DNA of 64,000 nt from Nageia nagi. Taxonomy: Eukaryota; Plantae; Pinophyta. Position 1 is the stretch's first letter. Every line of letters starts with the position of its first letter. A program made the translations under genes and the position numbers. The stretch spans positions 116,994,001-117,058,000 of the forward strand of contig JBITNC010000001.1 in NCBI GenBank assembly GCA_050084985.1. The letters are read 5' to 3'. A model generated the notes under the pieces. It was given only the letters and a program-made list of their open reading frames with translations, was not told the origin of the DNA and did not search any database. Positions 62,300 to 64,000 of the stretch are shown in pieces.

Positions 62300-62530
62300 G
62301 CACATGCATATCAAGAGAAAATAAGCTCTAGACATAGAAATGCTAAATCACCCATGAGAGAAGCAAGTTCTTGCATGTTGCCTACTATATGTAGCTAGCT
62401 ATCATCTCTTAGAAAAATAAAATAAAGCAAAAGAGTAAACACACACATAAGTACCATATTGCAAATGAATAAAGTTACATAAAGCATAGGCCCTAAAGCA
62501 CATGCAAATCAGGTACAAATGTGTAAAATT

Positions 62531-63949
62531 CAATGTTCCATAGGGACGCGTTTCCTCTCCTCGAGAAGGCAATCCCGGCATTCCCCCATTTGGGAAACTC
62601 AAGAATGCCTGGGGGAACGTTTCCCAATTGTTCCCTTTTTGGGGAACGGTCAGGAACATCTCCCAGGGGTGAGGGACCGTCCGCTGCCCATTCCTTCCTT
62701 TTGGGAATGTCCAGGGAATACTTGCCCATCCCCGAGAATGGCTAGGGAATGCCTAGTCTTTCCTTGATCATTCCCGGAGATAGTTGGGTGTTTCCACTCA
62801 AATATGGGTGTCACACTTCAAAAAAATAACAATAAAGCAAAAGCATCTACCATTAAAAAAAAAAACCCATGAAAAGCATGGGGGTGGGATCGACCAATGT
62901 TCCCACCCCCTATAACCCTAAAAATATTGTTATAAACTTCACCCAATCATAATCACTTTTCATTGTGTGCAGCTGTGAAAGAAAAAATACAGCAGTAGAA
63001 GAAAAAGACAGCAGTGAGGAGAAAGAGAACAAGGAGGAGGAGAAAGACAGTACTGTAGAGGACAACAACCAAGGAGGAAAAGAAACACAAGTACAGCCCA
63101 AGGTTTTTCTGATTCACTACTTGTTTAATTTATTTGATTCTTTAAAAGAATCCAAAAAGAGTGATATTTAGAATTAAAATCAAAACTATGAGTCAGAATC
63201 AGAAATGGGGGTGAAAATGTGCAAGGAAAAGGAGAAAACATAGCTGAGGCATTAAACTTGTAGCAAAAAGAGAGAGTTGGTGATGCAGTGGCAACATTTT
63301 TTTATGCAAATGGCTTGCCTTTTCATCTTGCATGCTCACCTTACTTCAAGCATGCATTTAAGGAAGTAAGGTTGGCTAGTCTAGTTGCATGGTGCAATGT
63401 TGATCCAAAGGAGGTGGGCCAGCTTGAGGCTGATGATGATGATGATGCAGATTTGGTGATGTTTGGATTGCCATTGCAACTCTTCAGTCGGATGATGAGG
63501 GCATCTCATTAGATAGCTCAGCAGATGAGAAGGATACACCACCATTAGCACATGAGCCTATAGACTCATAGATCCATAGTTGTTATTTTGGCATTTTCAT
63601 TTTGTTATACTTATTTCACTATTTGACATACTCTTGTCAATGTCCACTCTATCTATTTGATTCAATGACATTATGATTCATATTATGTTATCAGATTTAT
63701 GATATGTCTTGAATTTCTAATTTCAATTCCAAATTTTCAATTTGTATACATGATTGAATTGATAATATGAATATCATAAAAATAATGAATTGGAAACAAT
63801 AAAATCTGAAAATTCCAATAATTTTTATTAGTATTATAATTGTTGTTCCTTTATTGTTCCCTGACATTCATCAAAAATGACCCCCTACGTTCCCCCATTC
63901 CCAGATACACATTCCCCTATATCCATGTTCCCAGTCATGTGGAACCTTG
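62531..63949 (+). mobile_element. Non-autonomous hAT DNA transposon with a transposase fragment
   Basis: TIRs CAATGTTCCATA / TGTGGAACCTTG, 8-bp TSD gtaaaatt/gtaaaatc, relic AVATFFYANGLPFHLACSPYF. Confidence 0.85.
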
Positions 63950-64000
63950 GTAAAATCTAAATACTTTCATTTGATGGCAAATATCAAGATTAAAATGTAA

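Noticed and set aside
61176-64000. Next upstream RNJ exon (..EDxILYSAK)
   Set aside because: No matching peptide with splice sites seen; it presumably lies outside the window.

Overview
AT-rich, transposon-saturated plant nuclear DNA. The giant TE-filled introns and the element types suggest a gymnosperm (inference). One host gene is present on the minus strand: the 3' half of a plant ribonuclease J gene (RNJ; beta-CASP metallo-beta-lactamase with a C-terminal GT-1/trihelix Myb-SANT domain). Seven confident exons lie at 61051-61175, 39626-39739, 39367-39462, 39148-39245, 22509-22942, 15576-15967 and 15209-15298, plus a candidate 45-nt micro-exon at 21747-21791; the 5' exons lie beyond the window. 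The exon at 61051-61175 is 125 nt rather than 126 nt, a 1-nt frameshift just before the HTSGH motif, which is either an assembly error or a recent knockout. The 21-kb and 16-kb introns and the downstream 15 kb are nested stacks of degenerate LTR retroelements: Sirevirus/copia remnants, several solo LTRs with readable TSDs, and four gypsy-type Gag-protease elements lacking RT/RH/IN. One of these four carries a ~1.6-kb unknown coding cassette with a hydrophobic 8-aa repeat. There are also three copies of a 3.4-4.6-kb LTR-like family with ~184-bp satellite-like arrays and a structured 3' end, L1 remnants and a non-autonomous hAT element. All alignments were done by eye; TE boundaries without a TSD are approximate.
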